In this document: positions 8,513 to 18,295 of the stretch, in pieces
Position numbering within the stretch: the first letter of the stretch is position 1
Layout: every line of letters starts with the position of its first letter
Assembly (NCBI GenBank): GCA_036149055.1
Contig: JAYZQJ010000001.1
Coordinates: 1 to 53,257 of the forward strand
From: Myxococcota bacterium
GTDB lineage: Bacteria; Myxococcota_A; Polyangia; Polyangiales; Sandaracinaceae
Direction: 5' to 3'
DNA length: 53,257 nt
The notes under the pieces: generated by a model
Told to the model about the DNA's origin: nothing
Database searches by the model: none
The model's input: only the letters and a program-made list of their open reading frames with translations
Made by a program: the position numbers and the translations under genes

Positions 8513-9773
8513 CGCAGATCGCCGGTCGGGCCGCGCGCAGCCGCTCCACCAGCCGCGCCTCCAGCGTCCTCCGGGCCTCGGGCGATCCGTCCACCGGGGA
8601 CACCGAGGACGCGCCGCCTCCGAGCGGGATCGCGGGTAGCGCCGCGGGCACGCAGCCTTCGACCCGTCCGGCCTCGGTCACCCGGAGCAGCTCGGCCGCG
8701 TGGTTCTCGCCGGGTCGGTCGCTGTCGGGCCAGGTGAGCGTGCCCTCGGCGAGCGTCCGGTCGCCGTCCACCCAGGCCCACGCCAGGCGGGTCTGCCCGC
8801 TGTGGCTCCAGCCGCCGCGGCCGAAGCCCATGTGCCCCTCGAGCCCGGCGCGAAACCGCCGTCGCAGCCTGGGCGGGGCGGGCACCTCGCGCAGCCGAGT
8901 GCGTCGCCGGGTCACCGTCTCGGCGCCGAGCAGCATCCAGGCGGCCTCCCGCAGGTTGTCGAGCGGCAGCCGCCCGGACTCGACGACGATCTCGCCCGGG
9001 CGCGCGTGGGCGTCGACGGTGCCGCCCGGCTGGAGCGCGAGCCCTCGGCAGCTCCGGGCGGCGATCGCGCCCCCGGTCGAGAGGTCGTAGGCCCGCACCT
9101 CCTCGCAGTACCGGTAGTGACCGCGCCGTCCCCGCAGCACCAGCCAGCCTCGGGTCGGCGCGCGCCAGCGCTCGAGGGGCAGGGCGCCGGGGGCCGGAGC
9201 GCGGGACGCCTCGCAGCGGGCCCAGTTGTCCCAGCGTCGCCCGTGGCTCGAGCGACGGATCACCGCGGCGCAGTCTCGGTCGGCCTCCGACGCTGCGGCC
9301 TCGAACGCGGCCTCCGCCCGCCGCCGCCAACCGAGCGTGTCCGCGCCGCAGCTCGGGTCGCTCCTCGGACACATGAGCGCGCGCAGCCCCGGCGAGAGCG
9401 CGTCCAGGTCCAGGGGCGCCGGGGGCTCGGGCGGGATGACGAGCGCGTCCTCCGCGGAGAGCAGCGAGTAGAGCCAGTCCCGGCCCCCCGCGTCCCACCA
9501 GGCGCGGAAGTGCGGCAGCGACGCGAGGTCGGGCGGGGGCATCGTCTCGGCCGCGATCGCGAGGCACGGCTCGTCACGCACCGTCTCCCAGCGGCGGCGC
9601 AGCGTCTCCAGCGGCTCGCCTCCTTCGAGCGCCCCGCCGAAGTGGCGCAGCGCCTCGCGGGCGCGCCGGGCCTCCCCGTCGTCGGGCGCGCAGGGGGCCA
9701 CCCAGCCCCCGGGATCCGGCTGGGCGGAGGCGGCGGCGGGGCAGAGCAGGAGCAGGGCGATCAGCGCGCGCAT
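8481..9773 (-). CDS. Secreted hypothetical protein
   Basis: Signal peptide MRALIALLLLCPAAASAQ; GC-rich third positions; Trp/Cys-containing body (GWLVLRGRRGHYRYCEEVRAYDL). Confidence 0.7.
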   Translation of the reverse strand: MRALIALLLLCPAAASAQPDPGGWVAPCAPDDGEARRAREALRHFGGALEGGEPLETLRRRWETVRDEPCLAIAAETMPPPDLASLPHFRAWWDAGGRDWLYSLLSAEDALVIPPEPPAPLDLDALSPGLRALMCPRSDPSCGADTLGWRRRAEAAFEAAASEADRDCAAVIRRSSHGRRWDNWARCEASRAPAPGALPLERWRAPTRGWLVLRGRRGHYRYCEEVRAYDLSTGGAIAARSCRGLALQPGGTVDAHARPGEIVVESGRLPLDNLREAAWMLLGAETVTRRRTRLREVPAPPRLRRRFRAGLEGHMGFGRGGWSHSGQTRLAWAWVDGDRTLAEGTLTWPDSDRPGENHAAELLRVTEAGRVEGCVPAALPAIPLGGGASSVSPVDGSPEARRTLEARLVERLRAARPAICATASRAGSAP

Positions 9774-9798
9774 GGCGACACCGACCGCGAGGGCGGGC

Positions 9799-10236
9799 TC
9801 AGGTTCCGTCGGCGCGGCCGTAGTTCGCCGGATCGGCGACCGAGACGCAGAAGCGGCGGTCGCCACGCTCCTCGTCGACCACCTCGGCGATCGGGTCGCC
9901 GCCCATGGTCTCGGTGGCGAGCACCTCGTCCGCGCCGAGGCAGATGAAGTCCTCGCTCACCCGGCAGGCCTCGTCGACCTCGCACGGCTTCATGCACGCG
10001 GTGAAGGTCAGGCGCGACGGGTCCGGGCGGAAGCGCACGCAGACCGCGTCGTCGGGGCAGGTGTCCGCCTCGCAGCCGAAGATCGTGCACACCCCGCTCG
10101 GCTGCGACAGGTCGCACTGCCGGTCCCCGTTGATCGAGCAGTCGAAGCTGTTGTTGCAGCCGTCGCCGATCTGCGGCGCGCAACCTACCGAGATCACGGC
10201 GAAGACAACCAATACGAGGTGAAGCGGGGACCGCAT
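9799..10236 (-). CDS. Small Cys-rich lipoprotein
   Basis: Lipobox SVGC; about 12 Cys (GDGC..DC..C..GVCTIFGC..TCPDDAVC). Confidence 0.78.
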   Translation of the reverse strand: MRSPLHLVLVVFAVISVGCAPQIGDGCNNSFDCSINGDRQCDLSQPSGVCTIFGCEADTCPDDAVCVRFRPDPSRLTFTACMKPCEVDEACRVSEDFICLGADEVLATETMGGDPIAEVVDEERGDRRFCVSVADPANYGRADGT

Positions 10237-10348
10237 GGGCGGCGGAGCATAGCGGAGGGGTCCGGTCGGGGCGAGCCGGCGGCCCGGGCGGCTGGTGTAC
10301 AACCGCGGCGTGGAATCCCCCGGGCTCGCTCTCGCGTTGCGACCCTCG

Positions 10349-12502
10349 ATGCGCGCCGCTCTCCTCTGCCTCGGCTTGCTCGCCGCGCTCGCCACGCCGG
10401 CCGCGCCGCGGGTTCGGGCGCAGGACGATCCGTTCGAGGCGATCGCGCCGCTGGTCCGCCGCCGCGCGGACGCCGAGGCCCTCCGGGCGCTCGTCCGCTC
10501 GCCCGGCCCGGTCCGGGACGGATCCCGCGGGCGCTATCTGCGCGGCCGGCTGCTCGAGCGGCTCGGTCGCTGGGCGGAGGCGGCCGAGGCCTTCCCGGTG
10601 GACGAGGCGGCGGCCGGGCTGCCCGACACCGTGCGCGCCGACGCCGCCCGCCGACGCGCGATCGCCCTGGCCCGGGCCGGTCGATGCGAGGCGGCGGCGG
10701 CGCTCCTCGAGGACCTCGGGGACGACCCGCTGATCCAGGCCCGGGCGGCGGAGTGCCGGCTCGCGAGCGGCGACGAGGGCGCGGTCGAGGCCCTCCGGCG
10801 GGTGGTGGCGCGCGCGGCGCCGGCGGTGGATCTCTTCGCGGCGCGCTTCGAGCTGGCCGAGGCCCTCGCCCGGGCCGGCGAGCGCGAGGAGGCGCGGCGG
10901 GTGCTGCTCGAGCTGAGCCTCGACCGGGTCGAGCACCCGGAGGCGCCCCGCGCCTGGGCCGCGCTCGAGGCGCTGACCGACGGAGAGGTCGCGCTCACCT
11001 TCGACCAGCGGCTGCGCCGGGCCGAGCGCCTGATGGAGGTGCGCCGCTACCCCGAGGCGCTGACCGAGCTCGAGGCCGCCGGGCGCCCGCCCGGCCGGGC
11101 GGAGCTGAGGCGCTTCCTGCACGCGCGGGGCATGGCCCTCTACCAGACCCGGCGCCGCTACCCCGAGGCGGCGGAGGTGCTGGCCGAGAGCGCCGGGCTC
11201 GGCGGCGCCCACGCGGCGGACGACGCCTTCCACGCGGCCCGCGCGCTCTCCCGCGCCGATCGAGACCGGGAGGCGATCCGCGCCTACCGTCGCTTCGCCC
11301 GCCGCTACCGCAGCCATCAGCGCGCCGCCGAGGCGACCTACCTCGCGGCCTGGCTCGAGCTGCGGCACGGGCTCGCGGGCGGCGAGCGGCAGATGAGCCG
11401 CTTCGTGCGGGGCCCGCTCGCCGATCGCGCCCCCCGGCTGGCCCGCGACGGGCGCTGGCAGCTCGCCCTGCGCGCCTTCGAGCGGGGCCGGCACCGCCGC
11501 GCGGCCGAGCTCTTCCAGCGCTACGCCGACAGCGACGCGCAGCCCCTCGTGCGAGGCCGGGGGCTCTACTGGGTGGGCCGGGCGCACCACGCGCGCGGGG
11601 ACCATCGGGCCGCGATCGCGGCCTACCGGGAGGCGCTCTACGTCGAGCCGCTCCACTGGTACGGGATGCTCGCCCGGCAGCGGCTGATGGAGCTCGGCGA
11701 GGACTCGCCGCCGCCCTTCCCGGAGCCGCCCGAGGACGGGGCCGAGGACGCGCCGCCGCTCGCGCTGCCGGAGGACGCTCGGCTCTACGCCGCGCTCGGC
11801 CTCCGCGAGGACGCCCGCGACGCGCTCCGGTCCCGCGAGCGCGAGCTCCGTCGGGCCGACGGGCTGCGCGCGGTGGTCGAGGCCTACCAGCGGCTCGGCG
11901 AGCCCTCGCGCCTGGTTCGGCTCGCGGGCGGGCCCTCCACCACGCGGCGGCGCGCCCAGCCCGGCCCGGCCGACCGGTGGCGCTGGGACGCGGCCTATCC
12001 CCAGCCCTGGCGCCGCGAGGTCCAGAGCGCGGCCCGCGCGGCGGGGCTCTCGCCGGCCCACCTCTACGCGGTGATGCGGCAGGAGAGCGGCTACGACCCG
12101 GACGCGGTCAGCTACGCCGACGCCATCGGGCTCATGCAGCTCATCCCGCCGACCGCCGCGCGGCTCGCCGAGGACATGGGCCTGGAGCTCGAGCGCGAGA
12201 TGCTCTTCGACCCCGCGGTCAACGTGCGCCTCGGCGCCGCCTACGTCGGCGCGCTCGTGCGTCGCTTCGGCGTCCCGCTCGCCTTCGCCGCGTTCAACGC
12301 CGGGGAGCACCGGGTGGCCGAGTGGCTCGAGGAGCAGGGGCGCACCGAGCTGGATCTCTTCGTCGAGCGCATCCCCTTCCAGCAGACCCGCAACTACGTG
12401 CGTCGCGTGACCACGCACTTTGCGCACTACCTCTACCTCCGCGATCCCGCCGGCGGCTGGCCGCTCACCCTGCCCAGCCACGTCCCCGTCCCCGCCGACT
12501 GA
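10349..12502 (+). CDS. slt: Soluble lytic murein transglycosylase (Slt70-like; TPR region plus SLT domain)
   Basis: Signal peptide, helical TPR-like region, catalytic MRQES, AIGLMQL, NVRLGAAY, AAFNAG, FVERIPF.QTRNYV. Confidence 0.88.
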   Translation: MRAALLCLGLLAALATPAAPRVRAQDDPFEAIAPLVRRRADAEALRALVRSPGPVRDGSRGRYLRGRLLERLGRWAEAAEAFPVDEAAAGLPDTVRADAARRRAIALARAGRCEAAAALLEDLGDDPLIQARAAECRLASGDEGAVEALRRVVARAAPAVDLFAARFELAEALARAGEREEARRVLLELSLDRVEHPEAPRAWAALEALTDGEVALTFDQRLRRAERLMEVRRYPEALTELEAAGRPPGRAELRRFLHARGMALYQTRRRYPEAAEVLAESAGLGGAHAADDAFHAARALSRADRDREAIRAYRRFARRYRSHQRAAEATYLAAWLELRHGLAGGERQMSRFVRGPLADRAPRLARDGRWQLALRAFERGRHRRAAELFQRYADSDAQPLVRGRGLYWVGRAHHARGDHRAAIAAYREALYVEPLHWYGMLARQRLMELGEDSPPPFPEPPEDGAEDAPPLALPEDARLYAALGLREDARDALRSRERELRRADGLRAVVEAYQRLGEPSRLVRLAGGPSTTRRRAQPGPADRWRWDAAYPQPWRREVQSAARAAGLSPAHLYAVMRQESGYDPDAVSYADAIGLMQLIPPTAARLAEDMGLELEREMLFDPAVNVRLGAAYVGALVRRFGVPLAFAAFNAGEHRVAEWLEEQGRTELDLFVERIPFQQTRNYVRRVTTHFAHYLYLRDPAGGWPLTLPSHVPVPAD

Positions 12503-12590
12503 CAGCCCGTTGCTGCTGCGCGTGCGGGGCTTACTCATCGCAGAGGCAGCGCACCGCGGGGGGCGGCGCGCCGATCGAGAGGCTTTCGCG

Positions 12591-14528
12591 ATGCAGAGAC
12601 TCGCTCTGGTGATCCCGTGCGTCCTGTGCCTCGTCGGGTGCGACGACGGCATGGGTGACCCCATGGCGCCCCCGGGCGCGCGCTCCTACGTGCTGCGCGT
12701 CGAGAACGTCGCCGGCGCGTCCTTCCCGAGCGCGATCTCGCCGGGCGTGTGGCTGGCCCACGCCGACGCCGATCCGCTCTTCACCGAGGGCGAGCGCGAC
12801 CGGGGCGAGGGGCTCGAGGCGCTGGCCGAGGACGGCGATCCGTCGGCGCTCGCCGCGACGCTCGATCCCGCGCTCTCGGGGATCTTCGGCGACGGGCCGC
12901 TCGCGCCCGGGGAGTCCCTCGAGGTCACCGTGCACGTCACCGGCGAGCGGCCGCGGCTGAGCTTCGCGACCATGCTCGTCGAGACCAACGACGTCTTCCT
13001 CGCCCCGGCCGGCGACGGGATCGACCTGAGCGGCATCACCGCGGAGACCGACATCACCGACCGCCTGCAGCTCTGGAACGCGGGCACCGAAGACGACGAG
13101 GCCCCGTTCCTCGGCCCGCACCAGGCCCCGCGGCAGCAGACGCCGGGCGCCGGGCCGGTCGAGGGCGTCATCCGTCACTTCGGCGCCGCGACCCGGACCC
13201 TGCCGCGCAGCTTCGACATGCTCGCGATCCGGGTCACCGAGGCGGGCGGCACCTACACCTTCGCCTTCGAGAACGTCTCGATGGACCGGCGAAACTTCGT
13301 CACCCCGCTCTCGCCGATCTTCTGGGCGCTGCACGGCGACGAGTGGCGCCTCTTCACCGCCGGCGAGCCGGCCCCGGCGGGCCTGGACGAGCTGGCCGAG
13401 ATCGGGGATCCGCGCGCGCTCCTGCGCGGGGCGATGGGCGCGCCCGGGGTGGCCGACGCCGGGATCGCCAACCAGCGCGTCGGGAGCGGCGACTTCGGGC
13501 TCCTGCGCCCGGGCGACGTCTTCGAGATCGAGGTCACGCCCGACGCCGATCACCCGCGGCTCTCGTTCGCGACGATGCTGATCGCCACCAACGATCTCTT
13601 CCTCTCGTTCCCGGGCGAGGGCCTGGCCCTGCTCGACGAGGACGGCGCGCCGCGGAGCGCGGCCGAGGTGGAGCGCGAGGCCCGGCGCTGGCTCGCCGCC
13701 TGGGACGCGGGCACCGAGGCGAACGAGGTCCCGGCCGGCGGGCATCACCAGGGGCCGGTCGGCGGGCTCGACGACATGCCCGACGATCCCAACCCGGCGG
13801 TGCGCCTCTACGACGACTTCACGAACGACGTCGAGGGGCCCGGCGCCAACGGCCTGGTGGAGGTCACCATCACCCACCAGAGCGGCACCACCTTCCAGGT
13901 GCGGGTGCGCAACGGCTCCGACACCATGCCCTTCAACGCGCTGCTGACCCCCTTCGTCTGGATCGTGCACGACGACGGCGACGGCCTCTTCGGCGTCGAC
14001 GGGCTGCAGTCGCCGGGGCTGATCGAGCTCGGCGAGGACTGCCTGACGAACCTGCTGCACCAGGAGATGCAGGCGAACGAGTCGGTGGTGAGCTCCGGGG
14101 TGGTCAGCGTGCCCGACATGAGCACGACCTCGGCGCCGATCTTCCCGGGGGAGAGCTTCACCTTCGAGGTCACGCTGGACGCGGCGCACCGCTTCTTCAA
14201 CCTGGCCTCGATGCCCTACCCCTCGAACGACATGTTCGTCGCCTTCGAGCCGCCGGGCGTGGCCCTGCTCGACGAGGGCGGCTCGCCCCGCTCCGACGCC
14301 GCGATCGCGTCCGACGTCGCCGCGCTCTTCTACGCCTGGGACACGGGCACCGAGGCCAACCAGGCCGGCGGCGGCGGGCGGGACAACGTGCCGCTCCAGA
14401 ACAACGAGATGCTCACCGACGTCGGCGCCTCCGAGGGCGACGGCACGGTGCGCGCGGAGCCCGACCCGACCTACGGCTTCCCGAGCCCGGCCGAGCTGGT
14501 GCGGGTCACCATCGCGCCGGTCGAGTGA
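12591..14528 (+). CDS. Lipoprotein with three tandem Spondin_N domains
   Basis: Lipobox LVGC; three copies of V.N...(S/T)P..W..H...LxE.G...LSFATML..TND.F...W(D/N)AGTE. Confidence 0.8.
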   Translation: MQRLALVIPCVLCLVGCDDGMGDPMAPPGARSYVLRVENVAGASFPSAISPGVWLAHADADPLFTEGERDRGEGLEALAEDGDPSALAATLDPALSGIFGDGPLAPGESLEVTVHVTGERPRLSFATMLVETNDVFLAPAGDGIDLSGITAETDITDRLQLWNAGTEDDEAPFLGPHQAPRQQTPGAGPVEGVIRHFGAATRTLPRSFDMLAIRVTEAGGTYTFAFENVSMDRRNFVTPLSPIFWALHGDEWRLFTAGEPAPAGLDELAEIGDPRALLRGAMGAPGVADAGIANQRVGSGDFGLLRPGDVFEIEVTPDADHPRLSFATMLIATNDLFLSFPGEGLALLDEDGAPRSAAEVEREARRWLAAWDAGTEANEVPAGGHHQGPVGGLDDMPDDPNPAVRLYDDFTNDVEGPGANGLVEVTITHQSGTTFQVRVRNGSDTMPFNALLTPFVWIVHDDGDGLFGVDGLQSPGLIELGEDCLTNLLHQEMQANESVVSSGVVSVPDMSTTSAPIFPGESFTFEVTLDAAHRFFNLASMPYPSNDMFVAFEPPGVALLDEGGSPRSDAAIASDVAALFYAWDTGTEANQAGGGGRDNVPLQNNEMLTDVGASEGDGTVRAEPDPTYGFPSPAELVRVTIAPVE

Positions 14529-14546
14529 GCTTGCTACCCCTCCGGG

Positions 14547-15587
14547 GTGCGCCGCGTCTCCCGCCGCTACGACGATCCGCTCGACCGGGTGTGGCTCACC
14601 GCGGCCGAGCGCGTCGGCCTGCGGGTGAGGCGCAGCCCGGACGCCTTCGCCTCGACCGACGGCCGGGGCGGGCTGATCATCGGCTCGGTCGAGACCCTCG
14701 ACCCGGACGACTGCCTCGCGCAGATGATCTTCCACGAGCTCTGCCACTCGCTGGTCCAGGGCCCCGAGAGCTTCGAGCGGCCGGACTGGGGGCTCGACAA
14801 CGAGAGCGAGCGCGACCTCGTGCGAGAGCACGCGTGCTTGCGCCTCCAGGCGTTCCTCTCGCGCCGCCACGGCCTGCGCGCGGTGCTGGCCCCGACCACC
14901 GATCACCGCGCCTTCTACGACGCGCTCGGCGTCGATCCGCTCGCCGGCGAGGACGCGTCGGTGCCCCTGGCCCGCGCCGGCGTCGCCCGGGCGGAGCGCG
15001 ATCCGTGGAGCCCGCACCTCGCCGAGGCGCTCGAGGCGACGGCGGCGATCGCCCGGGTCGCCGCCGCGCATCTGCCCCGACCGCCGCGTGGGGTGGTGCC
15101 CGAGGACGCGCCCCCCGCCGCGCTCCCCTCGCTCTGGGCCGACGTCACCGACCCGCCGCCTCGCCACCCCACCGGCCGCTTCGTGCACGCGACCGAGACC
15201 GCGACCTGCGCCGGCTGCGCCTGGAACGCGGCCGGGGTGTGCGCGGGCGCCGAGCTCGTCGACCCCGGCTGGCCGGCCTGCGAGCGCTTCGAGCGCGCCA
15301 TCGTGTGCGAGGACTGCGGCGCCTGCTGTCGCGAGGCCTACCACCAGCTCGAGCTCGAAGAAGACGACCCCTTCCTGGCCCGCCACCCCGACCTCGTCGA
15401 GCGCGTCGACGGCCGCCTCGCCCTGCGCCGCCTCGACGGCCGCTGCCCCCCGCTCCGCGGCGACGGAACCGCGCCGTCCCCCTACCGCTGCGCCGTCCAC
15501 GCCGACCGCCCCCGCACCTGCCGCGAGTTCACGCGCGGCAGCGCGAGCTGCCTGGACGCGAGACGCCGCGTGGGCCGCTCGATCTAG
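14547..15587 (+). CDS. HExxH-domain protein fused to a YkgJ-family (CxxCxxCC) cysteine-cluster domain
   Basis: FHELCH plus downstream E; central CAGCAW...C...C; C-terminal CEDCGACC...C...CAVHADRPRTC. Confidence 0.75.
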   Translation: MRRVSRRYDDPLDRVWLTAAERVGLRVRRSPDAFASTDGRGGLIIGSVETLDPDDCLAQMIFHELCHSLVQGPESFERPDWGLDNESERDLVREHACLRLQAFLSRRHGLRAVLAPTTDHRAFYDALGVDPLAGEDASVPLARAGVARAERDPWSPHLAEALEATAAIARVAAAHLPRPPRGVVPEDAPPAALPSLWADVTDPPPRHPTGRFVHATETATCAGCAWNAAGVCAGAELVDPGWPACERFERAIVCEDCGACCREAYHQLELEEDDPFLARHPDLVERVDGRLALRRLDGRCPPLRGDGTAPSPYRCAVHADRPRTCREFTRGSASCLDARRRVGRSI

Positions 15588-16648
15588 ATCTGGGAGACCA
15601 CCCACTCGCCGACCGCACGGGTGCCGAGCTCGCCGCCGACGTCGGCGGTGCAGTGGCCCTCGTCGACGGCGCGGCGCACGAGGTCGACCAGGCGGGCCTC
15701 CTCCTCGGGCCAGCCGAGGTGGGTCATCATCATGCCGATCGTCAGCACGGTCGCGAGCGGGTTCGCCTTGTCTTCGCCGGCGATGTCGGGCGCCGAGCCG
15801 TGGACCGGCTCGAACAGGCCGATGCGGCCCGGGTGCACGTTGGCGCTCGCCGCCATGCCGAGGCCACCCTGCAGCGCGGCGCCGAGATCGGTGACGATGT
15901 CACCGAAGAGGTTGTTGGTGACGACGACCTCGAACTGCGACGGATCGCGGATCAGGTTGAAGCAGAGCGCGTCGACGTACTGGTGCTTCGCCTCGATGCC
16001 CGGGTAGTCGGCGGCGACCTCGCGGAAGCAGCGCTGCCAGAGCTCGTGGGCGTGCTTCATCGCGTTGGATTTGTCGGCCATGTGTACGCGGGTGCGGCCG
16101 TGGGCCTTCGCGAAGTCGAACGCGGCGCGGATCACTCGCTCGACGCCCTTGCGAGTGTTCACGTCCTCGTTGATCGCGACCTCGTCCGGCGTGCCCTTCT
16201 TGAACTGGCCGCCGACGTTCACGTAGATGCCCTCGGTGTTCTCGCGGAACACCACCATGTCGCAGTCCCGGGCCGTCTTGCCCTTCAGCGGCATGAGGCG
16301 GTCGCTGAGGCACTGGATCGGGCGGATGTTGCAGTAGAGATCGAGCCCGAAGCGCAGGCCGAAGAGGATGTCGCGCGCGTAGTCGAGGCTCGGGACGCGG
16401 GGGTCGCCGAGCGCGCCGAGCAGCACCGCGTCGCAGGTCTCGCGGATCGTCCGCTGGTCTTCTTCCGGAAAGGTGGCACCGTCCCGGAGAAATCGATCGG
16501 CGCCGAGGTCGAAATGCACCAGCTCGATTTGGTAGCCTCGCGTCTCGGCGAGGCGCTCGAGGAGCGCGACGCCGACCGCCACCACCTCCTTGCCGATGCC
16601 ATCCCCCTCGATGATCGCGATGCGCTTCTGGTCCGACTGCTCCGACAT
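15584..16648 (-). CDS. leuB: Isocitrate/isopropylmalate dehydrogenase family, probably 3-isopropylmalate dehydrogenase
   Basis: GDGIGKEV, RENTEG.Y, DKSN, NLFGDIVTD, FEPVHGSAPDIAG; a tartrate/D-malate dehydrogenase is not excluded. Confidence 0.75.
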   Translation of the reverse strand: MSEQSDQKRIAIIEGDGIGKEVVAVGVALLERLAETRGYQIELVHFDLGADRFLRDGATFPEEDQRTIRETCDAVLLGALGDPRVPSLDYARDILFGLRFGLDLYCNIRPIQCLSDRLMPLKGKTARDCDMVVFRENTEGIYVNVGGQFKKGTPDEVAINEDVNTRKGVERVIRAAFDFAKAHGRTRVHMADKSNAMKHAHELWQRCFREVAADYPGIEAKHQYVDALCFNLIRDPSQFEVVVTNNLFGDIVTDLGAALQGGLGMAASANVHPGRIGLFEPVHGSAPDIAGEDKANPLATVLTIGMMMTHLGWPEEEARLVDLVRRAVDEGHCTADVGGELGTRAVGEWVVSQI

Positions 16649-16783
16649 GGCGGCGGAAGGTAGCACCGACTTCACGGACGGGTCGCCCGTTCAGCACGAA
16701 TCTCGCTTCCCGCGCACTGCCTTCTTGACACTGCGGCGCGTTCACGGGAGCTTTTCCGCTACGCGCATGCCCAGGCGCCGTCC

Positions 16784-17551
16784 ATGAACATCATCGCTGC
16801 AGGACTGTCCGACGTCGGGCAACAGCGGGAGCACAACGAGGACTCCTTCTGCATCCTGCCCGAATACGATCTCTTCATCGTCGCTGACGGGATGGGAGGT
16901 CATCGGGCTGGGGACGTGGCGTCCAAGATGGCCACGCACACCATCGCGTCGTTCTTCCAGGCGACGTCGAAGGAAGACGCGACGTGGCCCTTCCACTTCG
17001 ACCCGCACCTGTCGGTCGAGGAGAACCGCCTCATCACCGGCATCAAGGTGGCGAACAAGCGGATCTTCGAGGCCTCGACCCGCTACCGCGAGGTCCACGG
17101 CATGGGCACGACGGTGGTCGGGGCGCTCTTCTCGCCCGAGCGAGGCCGCATGTACGTGGCCCACGTGGGCGACAGCCGGGCCTACCGGGTGCGCGGCGGT
17201 GAGATCACGCAGCTCACCCGCGACCACTCGCTGCTCAACGACTACCTGCTCGTCATGCCCGACATGACCCAGGAGCAGCGCGACGAGCTGCCGAAGAACG
17301 TCATCACCCGGGCGCTCGGCATGCAGGACTCGGTGGTCGTCGACCTCGTGCCCGAGCAGCCGCACGTCGGCGACGTCTACGTCCTCTGCTCCGACGGCCT
17401 CAGCGGCATGATGGAGGACGACGAGATCCGCGAGATCGTGAACAGCCACGCCGGGGACCTCGACGCGGCCTCGCAGGCGCTGATCGACCTCGCCAACGCC
17501 AACGGCGGCGAGGACAACATCACCGTGGTCCTGCTCGGCATCACCGAGTAG
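16784..17551 (+). CDS. PP2C-family Ser/Thr protein phosphatase (Stp1/IreP type)
   Basis: [45 protein letters not shown]. Confidence 0.95.
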   Translation: MNIIAAGLSDVGQQREHNEDSFCILPEYDLFIVADGMGGHRAGDVASKMATHTIASFFQATSKEDATWPFHFDPHLSVEENRLITGIKVANKRIFEASTRYREVHGMGTTVVGALFSPERGRMYVAHVGDSRAYRVRGGEITQLTRDHSLLNDYLLVMPDMTQEQRDELPKNVITRALGMQDSVVVDLVPEQPHVGDVYVLCSDGLSGMMEDDEIREIVNSHAGDLDAASQALIDLANANGGEDNITVVLLGITE

Positions 17552-17590
17552 CGAATTCGTGCTAAGGCCCTCCCCGAACGGAGGACGCCC

Positions 17591-18100
17591 TTGGCCACGA
17601 AGATTCAGACGCGCGACCACTTCGCCGTCACGCCGCAGCAGTTCTGGGACGAGGTCTTCTTCGACGAGGCCTACAACCAGCAGCTCTACACCGACGCGCT
17701 GGGCTTCGTCGGGCTCGACATCCAGAAGATGGAGGGCGGCCCGGGCGAGCCGCGGCATCGGGTGATGAAGGCCGAGCCGAAGAGCGAGATGCCTTCGGTG
17801 ATGAAGAAGATCGTCGGCGACTCGCTGGCCTACACCGAGACCGGCGACTTCGACCCGAAGACCGGCATCTGGACCTACCGGGTCGTGACCAACAAGGTCG
17901 GCGACAAGGTGAAGATCGGCGGCAAGCTGTGGTGCGAGCCGAAGGGCGACGACGGCTGCATCCGCGTCGCCGAGGTCGAGATCGAGGTGAAGATCTTCGG
18001 GGTCGGCGGGACGATCGAGAAGTTCATCGAGAAGCAGACCCGCGAGAGCTACGAGAAGACCGCGACCTTCACCAACCGCTGGATTGCCGAGCGCGCCTGA
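17591..18100 (+). CDS. DUF2505-like (START/SRPBCC-fold) protein
   Basis: TTG start with GGAGG RBS; FWDEVFFDEAYN...EVKIFGVGGTIEKFI pattern. Confidence 0.7.
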   Translation: MATKIQTRDHFAVTPQQFWDEVFFDEAYNQQLYTDALGFVGLDIQKMEGGPGEPRHRVMKAEPKSEMPSVMKKIVGDSLAYTETGDFDPKTGIWTYRVVTNKVGDKVKIGGKLWCEPKGDDGCIRVAEVEIEVKIFGVGGTIEKFIEKQTRESYEKTATFTNRWIAERA

Positions 18101-18139
18101 TCGGGGCATGCTCCCGCCCGCTTTCGAACGGAGTCCGAC

Positions 18140-18289
18140 GTGGCCAAGAAGCAGCTGAACCCCGAGAACGAGCGCACCACCAGCCTCGACCTCGCCCTCC
18201 TCGTGGCGATGCCCGGCGTCATCGTCGTGCTCGGCGTGGTGATCTGGTACCTCGCGGAGCTCACCACCGCCGCGATGCAGGCGGGCTGA
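18140..18289 (+). CDS. 49-aa single-pass membrane microprotein (absent from the ORF track)
   Basis: GGAG RBS, GTG start; MAKKQLNPENERTTSLDLALLVAMPGVIVVLGVVIWYLAELTTAAMQAG*; third positions almost all G/C. Confidence 0.7.
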   Translation: MAKKQLNPENERTTSLDLALLVAMPGVIVVLGVVIWYLAELTTAAMQAG

Positions 18290-18295
18290 CCTCGC

